DNA from: Hormiphora californensis
Lineage: Eukaryota; Animalia; Ctenophora
Assembly: GCA_020137815.1 (NCBI GenBank)
Contig: CM035361.1
Span: 620,001 to 684,000 of the forward strand
DNA: 64,000 bases
Direction: 5' to 3'
Made by a program: the position numbers and the translations under genes. The notes below the pieces were generated by a model. The model was not told the DNA's origin and searched no databases. It saw only the letters and a program-made list of their open reading frames with translations. This document shows positions 50,879 to 64,000 of the stretch, piece by piece. How positions within the stretch are numbered: position 1 is the stretch's first letter; each line of letters begins with the position of its first letter.

Positions 50879-51413
<535 letters not shown>

Positions 51414-51771
51414 AGGGGACTTGCCAACACGGAGCTGATAATATGATAATTGATAATCAGAGACTCAGATCGAAACTGTCAGAGCATTCAGAGGATTGGC
51501 CTGACAGGATCGAGGCTATAAGCGGCCAAGCCTAATTAATAGATTATTTGTTATTTCAAACGTGTATGCAGAGTGGTTCCCACCTTGTCAGCTGTCAATG
51601 CTCTGATAGTTCCCACCATGGTTCTCAATCCCACCAGGGTTCTCAATCACATCGACTAACGACCATGATCCCTGCTTGATATTTCAATTAGGCCGCGTTT
51701 CAACTATGTGCTGAAATGTTTAGGATTGGATCAAGTTTGGACCATGTTTTCTCTCTCTCTCTCTCTCTGTC

Positions 51772-51813
<42 letters not shown>

Positions 51814-52375
51814 CTCTCCCTCTCTCTCTCCCACTTAAACCCATCATGTTGTTGATTGCATGCGACCAGAAACAAAGGTGAATTCACCCGCGATCCCCAT
51901 GGCAGTGGTATAGCTGATCTTTGGAAATAAGATATCCTTTAGATTGATCCTTGGAGTTCAGAATCGATTGATAGAACTAGGAGATCTTTGGAGTTCAGGA
52001 ATTTTTCCCATCTTTTTTTGTTTATCAGTTTGTCGCTAGTGCTGCCCAATATCTGCCAATATCTCACCATGTGTCCCGCTTTAATTTTAAATATGCATAC
52101 CTACAATATATTTTGCTCCCTGACCGTCTAGACCCGCTTCCACCTACCCATGTCTCACATGATAGTACCTACCTACATATCTCCTTTCAAGCGAATCACC
52201 AATCTGGAAGGAGTTCGTAGATTGTTCTCACACAAACTCAATTTCATGGTACAAATTGTAATTTGTAATTTGTCCCGCACCAAATTCTTTGACCATTATA
52301 TGGTCCCAAGCTCCGATTTTTATAATTGGCAGACTTTTCCTGGAGTATGTGAAAGAAGGATAGATGGAAGGTAGA

Positions 52376-52448
<73 letters not shown>

Positions 52449-52520
52449 AGAGCTCTCGCTATTCTCTCTACTCTCGCGCGAATAGACGCTCTCTCATATC
52501 TTCTCTCTCTCTCTCGCTCT

Positions 52521-52561
<41 letters not shown>

Positions 52562-53382
52562 CTCTCTCCCTCTTCCCTTCTCCCTTCTTATAAAGAGGAG
52601 AAATAAGAGAACGTGTCTTCTATCTCTACCACATTCTGCTGAACTTCTGCGGGCTTCGTCGTGTTGCGGCGAGGGGGGTGAAATTTATCTTCCTCCTATA
52701 TGCAAATCGCATTATTCTTGCTTGTTTTTGCATAATGATCACCCCCCCCCCTAGTTGTCTTTATATCCGCGACTTTGTGCAAGACCCGCCTGCCTTGCAA
52801 CAGTTTTGTTTTTGTTCATAGCTTTTTGGCGATCATGCTGCTTTCTGAAGAACTCTTTTGTCGCCAAACCAGATCTTCAATTTATACCGCCAGAACTTTC
52901 TAGTCCTAGAGTTGTCGACCTGCTGCAAGCCGGTGTGTGGGAGTTAGTCCCCGGGGGAGGGGGGTGCCGGGGGGCCTTGGCGGCAAAATTACATCGTGTC
53001 ATTTTACCAAGAGAATTGCTGATAACAGCTCCTCAATATATCCAGGAGGGGACTGCAGAGATTCCTGAAACATCATTTCACTTCCCAACCGATCTTCCTT
53101 TTAGAATTAGCATAAAATCTCGCATTTTGTTTCGCTTGAAAGATTTCCATGAATTTGAAAGCTTTTAAATGTGAAAGTACTTTCTATTTTAAAAACTTAA
53201 ATTTAAAACTTGAAAACATAATTTTGTGAATTTTGGGAGGTCTGTCCCAACATCCCCCCGCCTACTATAATAAGGGGCATGTGCTGTGCATGCAATGAGG
53301 TTGAAAAAGAGATGTTGTTATCTGGAATAAATTTAATATCTAGACAGAGAGAGAGGGGAGAGAGAGAGAGAGAGAGAGAGGG

Positions 53383-53469
<87 letters not shown>

Positions 53470-53539
53470 GGGGCGAGATTGCAGAGTAGAAGAAGCCCGC
53501 CGGTCTGGGGACGTGTTTGTAATTTAAATACAGAGATTC

Positions 53540-54885
53540 GCCTCAAATGGGATACTTGGTCAAATGGGATATTGGGCTCCAGGGATTACTGTGGGATGTG
53601 CGTGATTTTCTGACACAGGATGCTGTTCTGATATAATCTTACACCATTCTTATAACGTTCAACAACTCATCTGAGAATTACAGTGCAAATAACACAGGGG
53701 TCCCCTTTGAAAAAAACGCAACTAGAAAGTTCAATCGAGCTCAGCTCGCTTTCTTATCTTTGTTGTGACTTGTATGCTAGATTTGACCGATCAATAGGTT
53801 AGTTTAAAAAATTTTCATTCTACTCCTGCTATGAATTTAGTGATAAAAAACTATCTCATGACTTGATAACTTGATTTTACTTCATGCCTTGTTTTTGTTT
53901 AATGGGATGGTTTGCTGTTTGGCCAAATGGGGTATCCCATTTGACCAAATTTTTGGTATCTCATTTGACCAAAAATTTACTTTTCTTTAATTAGATTCGT
54001 AATGGCAGCGATTTCACGTCTCAAAAAACTCGGAAAACCACTAGACAAAGCTGGGACACTGTCAGTATGAGGAAGGCCATCAAAGCTGTCAAGACAGGGG
54101 AATGTGGGTACCTCATGGCCTCGAAATTGTTCAACATGCCCAAGAGCACCCTCGAACGGAGAGTGAAAGGGAAGGATAAGTTTGCAGAGGGCGCCATGAA
54201 GATTCTGGGGAGCGGAACTACCATTTTGTCTGCAGATCTGGAACAGCAGTTGTGTGTTCGCACAGGATCCTGCTACTGGAGGCGCATTTATTTGGTTTGA
54301 AGATAACGGACATCCGTCCACTGGCCTACGAGCTCGCAGAGCGACATAATATCAAGCACAAGTGAAAGTGGTTGACCTCGATGACGTCGTTCTAGTGTTG
54401 GGAAAACCAGCTGTGGCCCCCAAGACTAGCAAGCGGTTGTCGTCTCAGCTTTCCAGCCGATTTACTAGCTAGTAGCTTCTAATGTCTGCCAGACTCTATG
54501 TATAGATACGAATCATAACGTATCCCCTTGTATTTCTCTCTGACATCTCTAATGTCTGTTTATGATGATTAGCATCTGTCGTATAGTAGTGTAAAACTTC
54601 ATTTAGGTCAAATGGGATACCATTTTTTGGCCCAAATGGGATATCCCATATTACCAAAAAGTACTATCCCATTTTACCACATTTTATTTCGGCTGTAAAA
54701 TTTGCACCCCAAATGGGATATCACGATATTCACACATCAGAGCATATTGGGCACATAAAATCATATTGGGGATATATATTGGAGCAAAACAGCATCCTGG
54801 GTTGTTAATCAGAAGGGATGAGTGTAATAACGTATGAGGTGTAGTCAAAAATATAATGGTATCCCATTATACGCTAATCTCCCCT
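53540..54885 (+). pseudogene. Internally deleted pogo/Tigger-like DNA transposon with an HTH-psq/CENP-B transposase remnant (~54020-54450)
   Basis: RQSWDTVSMRKAIKAVKTGECGYLMASKLFNMPKSTLERRVKG (HTH-psq), then a frameshifted LFGLKITDIRPLAYELAE. No DDE domain. Repeated CAAATGGGATA subterminal motifs at both ends. Confidence 0.8.
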
Positions 54886-57009
54886 ACCTGCATGCACAGC
54901 TGCAGAAGTCATCGTGGGGTAGGTACCTGGTACACGCCCAATATGGTCTCACTGCACTTCTGAGTTGGGAGTGACCTAAACAGTGCAGTAGTTCCCCGAT
55001 TTAGTGATTTTCTCATCGAAATCCATTTTAGCTTTCTTGATTTTTCCTCTGTCCCTCCGTCTGTCTCTTTCTCTCTTTCTCTCTCTGTCTCCCTCCCTAA
55101 ATCTCTGTACCCGGTATATCTTTGTCTCTCCCTCTCTCTCATTCTCTCTACTCTCTCTAGCTCTCTCTCTCTCTCTCTCTCCATCTCTCTCTACTCTCTC
55201 AGTCTTCCAACTCTGCATAATTTATGAAACATTCCATCGTTGGCATGTTATAGTCCCCCGAACTCGAGAGAACTAGGGATCGAGAGAACTAGGGATCGTG
55301 TCAGTTTTGCAGAGAAATATGAGCTGCTGCAGAGTTGCCGCTCTTGTGCCGCTGCATTCGTTGTGATGATTGTGATATCTTTCGGAATTCCATCGATCTT
55401 TAGGAATAAAGCCGGGTTGCGATTTATCGGGATGCTCGGGCCGGACACAGGATCGGGGTTCGGTATACCGGGCAAAATCCGGGTTATCCGAGCATCCCGG
55501 TAAATCGAGGTCCGACTGCAGCTGTAGCTACCTTATCCTTTGTTCGATCTCGAACTGGATCGAAGGGGGCGGAGTCCGTTGGAAACTTTTTAACATTACC
55601 ACATCATTCTTCTTCTTCTTCTCTTTGGCACATAGTTGGTGGTCAACTGAAGGTCCGTGCAGAGAGGGACCTCTTGTTCATGTGTAGCCTTTTGCTCAGC
55701 CACCCCCTACATGCATGTGGCTCTGTTATATGGGGCATGCTGCTCGTGTGATACGTGGGAATATAGTTTTTAGAACTACGCTCGAATTGGTACTCATGTG
55801 TTTTTTCTGGTCACGGTTAAAATTTACTCTTTGCAAATCGATGCTTCTTGATTTCCCAATTTAGGATTTGAATGGCACATCACCTTTAATACCGTAAATT
55901 TCGTACAAAACCCATTCCCCTAAATGAGTCCGGTAGATCGTTACTCAACAACTTGTAGATCAAGGTTTGACTGTTGTACATGACTTATTGACTTCTCCCA
56001 GCTCTTCTTTTACATTCTCGTTTTCAATTCGGTTTATGTGTGTCGCGTGTGTGTGCTGTGGGAGTGTCTGTACCTAGATTCGATTCCCAAGATGGAGTGA
56101 TTTTATTTGGAAAGAGTACATAAAGCTTCTATTTCTTCAATTTATATTTCTCTTCTCCTCTCACCCTCTTTTTTCACTCTCTCTCTCTTTTTCTCTATAG
56201 TTTCTCACATCATTTTTCTAAAATGCCTGTCACTGTCTGCGAAGCTTCCACCATGATTTTTAGTCCACATTTGTGCTTCCTACGATCTACCTGTCCCGGG
56301 TCCCTAAAGGGAGACAGAGAGAGAGAGAGAGGGGGGGGGAGAGACACGATTTTTTTTCTCTCTCTCTCTCTCTCCTGTTTGGTCATAGAATTTCTTGTCC
56401 TTGACAGTTAGGTCATCAGCCAATAAATCTCCAGCTCCTCATCAACCCTTGGTCCAGCTTGGTTTTAGAAAACCGGCGCCAAACTTCCTTTCCCCGCTTG
56501 ACACAATTCCATGGTTGCTGCTGACCCCTTTTTTAGCTGCGGCGCCAGACGTCTGCATACCCCGATTTGATTCTCGACAGTGCGCTCAGATGGGGTCTGC
56601 GGCGACAGACAGTGTTAATTTAGCTGCTTTCAACTAGCCACTGCTGCACTTGTTGAGTAACAATGCTGCACTAGGTTTCACAGTCAAACCTCGTTTTACC
56701 GGGCTCCTCAATGGATAAATACACGGTAAATCAAAAGTCCGGTAAATCGAGTTCTCGCTGTTAGTTGATCTTTAACATCCGTGGTGTGGGTTTGATTTTA
56801 TTCACCTCAAGTGGACACATGATCTGTATTTGTGTGGTTACCATTTTACTTCCCAATCATTTATAGTTTCTCGCTTACACTCCATGATCTCATAATGCGG
56901 TATATGCAACTTTGTTATATGTTTTGTTTACCCGCTCGACAGTCTTGTGACCACAGCTCTTTGGAGACTGGAGAGAGGGTCATTGTCCATCAATGGCATT
57001 ATTGTAGAG

Positions 57010-57118
57010 CAGGAACCGACCGAATCAGGAAATACTGGTCCCTGATTGGCTGATAACCAGTCACGTGACCTAAATAAAGAGTTCTGATTGGTTGTTTACT
57101 TGTTTCGGTCGGTTCCTA
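57010..57118. mobile_element. 109-bp hAT-type MITE copy, TSD TTGTAGAG
   Basis: Family match and perfect 8-bp TSD. Confidence 0.9.
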
Positions 57119-57979
57119 TTGTAGAGAAACACACGAAGTAAAGGGTTTGTGACCCACCTTTATCGGTTGCCCGAGAGTGGAAAACAAAGTGAAACAAATC
57201 AGTTAGCCTTGTAGCCTAAATTTATCCTGCAGGCTCCTGTCAACATTAGATATCCCTAATAATTATTTGCTGCTGCAAGTGCTGCAGAACCTGTCAGGCC
57301 AATGATCTCACCACGCTGATTAGAATATCATGGTCAGGCCAATGTAATACAGGACCCACCCCCCTCTGTCACCTTGACCTGACCCCTTTCTCACCTTTCA
57401 AAGATTGTCCTGGCATGGACAGTGCGGGACCCCCCTCTGTCACCTTGAATTATTATTCAACTGATAAGAGCTGCTCTAGCTCAAATCACAGAGGACAGTG
57501 TCTCCCACTAGAATGTGGGGTGTGTTTGAACATCTCTGTACTTCCTTCCACTTTGCTGGGCCATGGGGGGAGGGCAGCTCCCGTAGAATGGGGGTATGTA
57601 GCAGTAATCCTGACTCAGGATTCATTAGCTCCCTGAAACTCCTGTCTCTTTTATCCTAGACATAATAATTAGGGTGTAGAAAGTGCTGTGTCTGGACCAC
57701 CCACGAACTGATTCGTAAATTCCATTCAGTTATAGGTCACTGTCACTTCCGTCTGAATAACTAAAATGTCAGTTGCTGCGAGGAAAAAACAAAAGAGCAT
57801 TCGACGCGTTAACTCCCGTTTGTTTACAGTTTCACTTTCTAGTTTCGTTCCGATATTTTGGCTGTATAAATATAACACACAGCTTGCTTGTCTTTACAAC
57901 GGTTTTTACTGACCCAACACATATGTTTGTGTGTCTGTGCATCACGTTGTTTAGGGTGATCATTAAGGGGTCTGAATTT

Positions 57980-58088
57980 CAGGAACCGACCGAATCAGGA
58001 AATACTGGTCGCTGATTGGCTGGTAACGAGTCACGTGACCTAAATAACGAGTTTTGATTGGTTGTTTACTTGTTTCGGTCGGTTCCTG
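57980..58088. mobile_element. 109-bp hAT-type MITE copy
   Basis: Family match; TSD CTGAATTT/CTGAATTG. Confidence 0.88.
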
Positions 58089-58164
58089 CTGAATTGTATG
58101 GCAGATCAGCCCTTTCAATTACTAGTTGAATTAGTACCACGCCCAGCTCCGAGCTCTATAAAAA

Positions 58165-58701
58165 GGTGTGCGGACTCTAGTGCTACACTCTAAGTCTACA
58201 GTGGACTCTATATCTAAATTTAGATTTAGATAAAGAGTCCAAATAAGTCTAAACTCTAGGAGGACTCTATCTCTAAAAAGTCTAAACAGGGCGGACTCTT
58301 TATCTAAAAAGTCTACAAAGAGCGGACTCTATATCTACATAAATCTAAATTAGACATAGAGTCCGCCATTCTCAGCGAACTCGAGATTTCGGCCGTTAGG
58401 CCGGAAACGAGAGTTTGCTGTACCTCTATACTAATTGAGAAGTGTTAGGGCCATTATTTGGGTTCGAGGTTAGGGTTAGGGTTAGGGTTAGGGTTAGGTT
58501 TTGGGTTGGTTTAGGATTTTAGACATAGAGTCCGGGTTGGGGGATTTGGCGCCAAAATGTACCAGGGGACTCTATGTCTAAAAAGTCTACACAGGGCGGA
58601 CTCTATATCTAAAAAGTCTACACTGGGCGGACTCTTTATCTAAACTTTTTTCAAAGTATAACTGTAGATAAAGAGTCCGCTTTTAGATATAGAGTCCCAC
58701 C
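58165..58701. mobile_element. Mutator-like non-autonomous element, 9-bp TSD CTATAAAAA, internal (TTAGGG)n
   Basis: TSD at 58156-58164 and 58702-58710; GGTG...CACC termini; repeated GGACTCTATATCTAA motifs; telomere-type hexamers at 58468-58500. Confidence 0.8.
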
Positions 58702-58917
58702 CTATAAAAAATGTTCTACCCAAATGCATCCTAATATTCCTAACCAGCTGCATCTGTCTCTTAGCTCAAACCTATAACCCTGTCTACATCCAATACTCCC
58801 TAACTTGATTTGCACATGCATTGTACATGTGTTATAGTACGTGACGTAGTTTTGTGTATATCAGTGCACTTTTTGGGGCTATGTACAATTACATGTCTGA
58901 TGTGCAGAGCTTTATAG

Positions 58918-59215
58918 GGGGAAACAGTCGTGCCTGAATCTTTGGTTACGAAGTCACCCATTTACTCTGTACCCATTTACTCTGTACCCACAGGGGCGTC
59001 TCGCTCGCGGAGGGGTAATTTCATTACCAACCTGAATCTCAGGTTCAGGTCACGGCTATTTACCCCTGAGACATGATATCCCAGGGGCTAGTGATGGCTA
59101 TTCCCTGAGAAACCAGGGAAATTTTCAAGCAAAGAATAGCCATTACATCTCAGGTCTCAGGGGAAAAAAGTGACCTGATTACCTGAACCTGAGATTCAGG
59201 TACGACTGTTTCCCC
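58918..59215. mobile_element. MITE with GGGGAAACAGTCGT(G/A)CCTGAATCT TIRs
   Basis: Terminal inverted match plus an internal foldback at 59031-59200. Confidence 0.75.
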
Positions 59216-59531
59216 AATGCCTTTTTGGATTAATTCGTAGCTGATATACTACATTAGTTCCAATTTCAATATTCCAAACCATGGTACTCGTTGGATACTG
59301 CGATTATTCCGTTACTCTTCTAATGAAGATCTTCTATATCCACTTACGTTACTCAACAAATATCTACAACGATATATGCTAGGTAAAGAAGAAAGATATC
59401 TAGATATTTCGGCTACTGCATAGTCTGTTGATAGGTTACATATATCCTAATCCAGTCTGAGTTAGGGATGTGCCAGGAATTGAAGGGATGGATAGAGAGA
59501 GGGGAGTGAAAGAGAGAGAGTGAGAGAGAGA

Positions 59532-59614
<83 letters not shown>

Positions 59615-61248
59615 GGGGGAGTGAGAAAGAGGGGGAGTGAGAGAGAGAGAGAGAGAAAGGCATGCTAGGTATTGTAGCTGAGTTGGAAAGGGATCGCTTT
59701 TAGGTTTTCTAACGCTTGACAAGAAAGCCTTGCCGATTTTAAATTGAATAATATTATGTGTATATGAAGGCCGGGGAGACCATTTTTTTAAAACTCTCCA
59801 TTTTGCTGAAAACAGGATTCAATGCTAGTCGTGCTATTCTCTCACAAAAGACTGCCCTCTCCGGTCCGAAGCTTTCGAGACATTACAGTTATGTTGATGT
59901 AGTATGACAAATTACTTGATAATCGTCACAGCTTGTCTACTGTCTATTTCTCTTTTGATATCACCAATTTGAAAGTGAACCACCTTTTTTGAACTCAGTT
60001 TCTTATAAAATTGCAATGGCTGACGATTATCCCTCCACTGATCCCCTGTATTGTTTGATTTACTAAATCTCTTATTTACATTCTTCTTCTACCGGGGCTC
60101 CCTGTAGCTTCCCCCCCCCCCCCCTCAGGCTAAAGTAATACGCTAACTGCAGAACTCAGACATGTAGCGATTTACTGACTTTGCTGCTTTGGTTCATCAA
60201 ATCAAATCATTTTGAATTTATGTTGACACGGGTACAATATAATAAAGTTTAAACTTACAAACAAACAAATACCCTACAATACAGTTGAATTTGTTGATTC
60301 ATTTGGTGTCCAATTAGCCTCTCTCCAGGCTCCACCCTCCAATGAATTTGAGCTCCACCCTAAAATGTAGACACTTTGCACACTCAAATTCCTATCATGC
60401 CATTATATAGGTTCTGCAGCAGCCGACATGATATGCCTTGAATTATAGTTCCATTTAATATTATTATCCGTTACACGTTCTCATTTTGTGGGTCCCCGTG
60501 AGCCTCTTTCCTTCATCTCTCTCCTTTATATATTTCTCACATTCTCTCCTTCCTCTCTCCTTCCTCTCTCTCTCTTTCCTTCCTCTCTACCGAGTCTCCT
60601 AACCTCTCGAAAGTTCCAATGGATTCTTATAAAAATTATTTGCTGTCCCACGTGAATTATTACCACCTCCCCCTTGATCTCGTTTTTTGTATCTTCTCCA
60701 ATTTCCCTAGAGCTCTCAGATCTATTATAGATCTTTTATTATTCGTTGTTATCATAGGAACATATCTTGCTGCAATTTTATTGAATTGAAAGAAATATGT
60801 TGCCATAAAATATCCAATATATTCCAGATTTAATTTTCTGCTCAACATAATGTTCACTTTATAATATTATTACCCTACAATGTTCTGAATATTCGTATTC
60901 TTTAGAGGACTAGAACGTGCTGAAACATGGTGTAGAGCAAGATCCGACGAAAGGAGCAAGAGAGTTTATACCTCTCTCATAAAGAAGTCAGAAATAGTAG
61001 GAGCAGGGAAGCTGCAAAGAATCAGTTCCAGCCTTGTAGAACTAGAAAATAAAGGATGGGGATTCCTGTGATTGCAGTGTGGCTGAGTTTAGTTATTCAT
61101 CGTGCTAGCTCGATACAGTGGAACTATAATTTTAATCCGGGTAAGATGGGTTTGATTTTCATATGGCCCAATTCCTCCATTTTGACACAGACTCCCCATT
61201 TTTACAGACGTCAACTTTCAAGGTATGAAATACCAACATCTAACCACC

Positions 61249-63960
61249 CCAATTCCTTCACTCAGGTGGAAAGGTAGCCTGTCCTCCTGGTAGGTGGCTG
61301 TGCCCCAACCCTAACCCCAATTCCTTCACTCAGGTGGAAAGGTAGCCTGCCCGCCTGGTAGGTGGCTGTGCCCCAACCCTAACCCCAATTCCTTCACTCA
61401 GGTGGAAAGGTAGCCTGTCCTCCTGGTAGGTGGCTGTGCCCCAACCCTAACCCCAATTCCCTCACTCAGGTGGAAAGGTAGCCTGTCCTCCTGGTAGGTG
61501 GCTGTGCCCCAACCCTAACCCCACTTCCTTCACTCAGGTGGAAAGGTAGCCTGCCCTCCTGGTAGGTGGCTGTGCCCCAACCCTAACCCCAATTCCTTCA
61601 CTCAGGTGGAAAGGTAGCCTGTCCTCCTGGTAGGTGGCTGTGCCCCAACCCTAACCCCAATTCCTTCACTCAGGTGGAAAGGTAGCCTGTCCTCCTGGTA
61701 GGTGGCTGTGCCCCAACCCTAACGCCAATTCCTTCACTCAGGTGGAAAGGTAGCCTGCCCGCCTGGTAGGTGGCTGTGCCCCAACCCTAACCCCAATTCC
61801 TTCACTCAGGTGGAAAGGTAGCCTGCCCGCCTGGTAGGTGGCTGTGCCCCAACCCTAACCCCAATTCCTTCACTCAGGTGGAAAGGTAGCCTGCCCGCCT
61901 GGTAGGTGGCTGTGCCCCAACCCTAACCCCAATTCCTTCACTCAGGTGGAAAGGTAGCCTGCCCGCCTGGTAGGTGGCTGTGCCCCAACCCTAACCCCAA
62001 TTCCTCGGTTAGGACTCCCGTGGAAGGTGGCTGTGCCCCACCTGACCCAATCCCTACCCCAGTATACCTTACTCCAGGTGGAAAGGAGCCTGCCCCCCCT
62101 AGGGATGTGCCCCACCCTGAACCGGCCAATTCCCTACTCAGGTAGGAAAGGTACCTACCCATCCGTGTGGCTGTGCCCCCAACCCTACCCACGTAGTTCC
62201 TCCCGGTGAAAGGTAGCCTTCCCACCGTGGAGGGGCTGCCCCAACCCTACCCAAGTTGCCTCCTCCTGGAAAGGTAGCCTGCCCCTCCTGGTGCCCCGTC
62301 CCACCCTACCCCAGTGGCTGTCCCGCCTGGAAGGGTGCCCACCCAACCCAGTTCCTTCCTCAGGTGGAAAGCAGTGCCCCACCGTGGAACAGCCTGTCCC
62401 CTGGAAGGTAGCCTGCCCCGAAGTCGCTTACCCCAAACCCTACCCAATCCTCGCCAGGTGGAAAGCCAACCCACCCCATTCGTCTGGTCCCAACCTAACC
62501 CCATCCTCCTGGAAGGTAGGCCCCAACCCCCCCATCGTGCTTGCCCAGGAACGTAACCCCCATCCTGTAGGTGGAAGGGCCCACCCACCCATCCCCACCT
62601 ACGCCAAGCCTCCCGCTGGAGGTGGCTGTGCCCCAGTGACGTGCCCCAACCAGGGGCAGTACCTCCCCTCCGGCAGGTGGAGTGCCCCAACCTAACCCAA
62701 TCCTCAGCCGTGGAAAGCTAGCCCCCTCCGTAGTGGCTGGCCCCAACCTAACCCCATTCCCTGTCAGGTGGAGAGCCTCCCCCTGGAAGGTGGCTGTGCC
62801 CCAAACTAACCATCCTCCTGCAGGTGGAAGGTGCCTCCCCTAGGTGGGGCCCCAACCCTAACCCCAATCCTTCTCCGTGGAAAGGGTGCCTCCCCCGTAG
62901 GCTTCCCCAACCTAACCCCAAGTTACCTCCCTGGAGGAGGCTGCCCAACCGAGGCCATTCTTCACCAAGCGAAAGGAGCCTTGCTCCTCGGTGGAGGTGG
63001 ACCGCCCGCCTGAGCCATTCCCTAACCAGTGGAAGGATAGCCTGCCCTGGTAGGTGGGTGCCCCAACCCAATCCGTCTGGTGGCAAAGGTAGCCATCCCT
63101 GCGTGGAGGTCCCACCTCCCAATTCCTACTGGTGGAAGGCCCGTCCTCGGCTAGGTGCTCCGCCAACGTACCCCCTTCCCAGCAGGTGGAAGGTAGCCAC
63201 CCCCATCCTCCTCGGGGTGCAACCCTACCCAATTCCTACTTCCGGTGGAGGTGCCCACCCTAACCAATTCCGTCCCACGAAGACCTCCTCACTAGGTGGT
63301 AGGTGCCCCCCCTAACGCCATTCCTCACCAGTGAAACGCTTCCTCCTCGGGGAAAGGAGTCCCCAACCCTGCACCGCTTGTCCCAACGGAACCCCAATCC
63401 GCTCCCAGGTGGAAGCTAGCCCCAACCCACCGCAATGCCTGCCCGGTGAAGGTCCTCCAACCCTAGGTGCTGCCACTCTGGCAGGTAGCCTTGCCCCAGG
63501 TAAGGGCTGCCCCAACGAAGCTGCCCAACCACCAATCCTGCACCCAGGGTAAGAGCCGCCTCCGTCCGTGTGTGCCAACTAACCCATACCCCAGGTGAGT
63601 GCCCCGCCCAACTAGAGTCGCCGTCGCAAGGTAGCCATCCTCATGGTGGAACGTACCCATTCCTCCTGAGACTTCCCACCCAGGCAGTCCTGCACCTGAC
63701 ATCCTGCCAGGTGGCTGTGCCCCACCCACCCCAATCCTTACTCAGGGGGAAAGGTAGCCTCCTCCGGTAGTGGTGGCTGGCCCCAACCTACCAACTTCAG
63801 GAAAGGTAGCCTGCCGCCGGTTTGGTGGTGCCCAAGCCAACCCCAATCGATCACTGGTGGAAAGTACTGCCCGTATCCTGGAGGTGGTGTCCCCACCTAC
63901 CCAATTCCTTCATTAGGTTAAAGGACTGTCCCGGTGGTGTGGCTGTGCCCAACCTTAATC
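61249..63960. repeat. 68-bp satellite (AATTCCTTCACTCAGGTGGAAAGGTAGCCTG...CCCCAACCCTAACCCC): ~11 near-perfect copies, then strongly degenerate copies
   Basis: Period of 68 from 61251 to ~62000; noisy but recognisable units to ~63960. Confidence 0.92.
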
Positions 63961-64000
63961 CCAGTCTTATATGAGGATATAGTGTCCTCTGGAGTGGTTG

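Noticed and set aside
60660-61225. Short ORFs and exon-like segments before the satellite
   Set aside because: No recognisable homology or consistent exon chain.
61249-62000. Possible CRISPR array or telomere
   Set aside because: Units are contiguous with no unique spacers and there are no cas genes. CCCTAA occurs once per unit and on the wrong strand for a right-hand chromosome end.
61938-63770. Many Gly/Pro/Trp-rich ORFs
   Set aside because: Products of the GC-rich degenerate satellite; no domain or splice support.

Overview
Eukaryotic (animal) genomic DNA with short spliceosomal exons, GT-AG introns and many MITEs and microsatellites. The repeat families suggest a ctenophore such as Pleurobrachia (inference from recalled repeat sequences, not verified). 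Minus-strand genes reconstructed by hand: trichoplein-like (5' exons), calcineurin B (6 exons, with an antisense gene nested in an 11-kb intron), TRPT1/Tpt1 tRNA 2'-phosphotransferase, a PAM2-motif low-complexity protein, an intronless F-box/LRR gene and CFAP96/C4orf47. Plus-strand genes: two uncharacterised multi-exon helical/TPR-like genes, a MARCH-type RING-CH ligase and an intronless secreted LDLa protein. Mobile DNA includes hAT-type and Tc1/mariner-type MITEs, a pogo-like remnant, a Mutator-like element, an RTE LINE fragment, an ORF1-only LINE and a Penelope fragment with a minimal hammerhead ribozyme. The strongest observation is a 1.9-kb foldback DNA transposon with an 8-bp TSD inside a coding sequence. 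Its TSD and terminal base supply both splice sites, so splicing would restore the reading frame exactly (an introner-type, transposon-generated intron). Also notable: 3' splice sites just upstream of most start codons (possible spliced-leader trans-splicing or operon-like cluster), a possible bicistronic or fused PAM2-protein/TRPT1 locus, tandem duplications centred on splice junctions, and 14-44 bp insertions with 8-bp TSDs. All splicing is predicted from sequence only.
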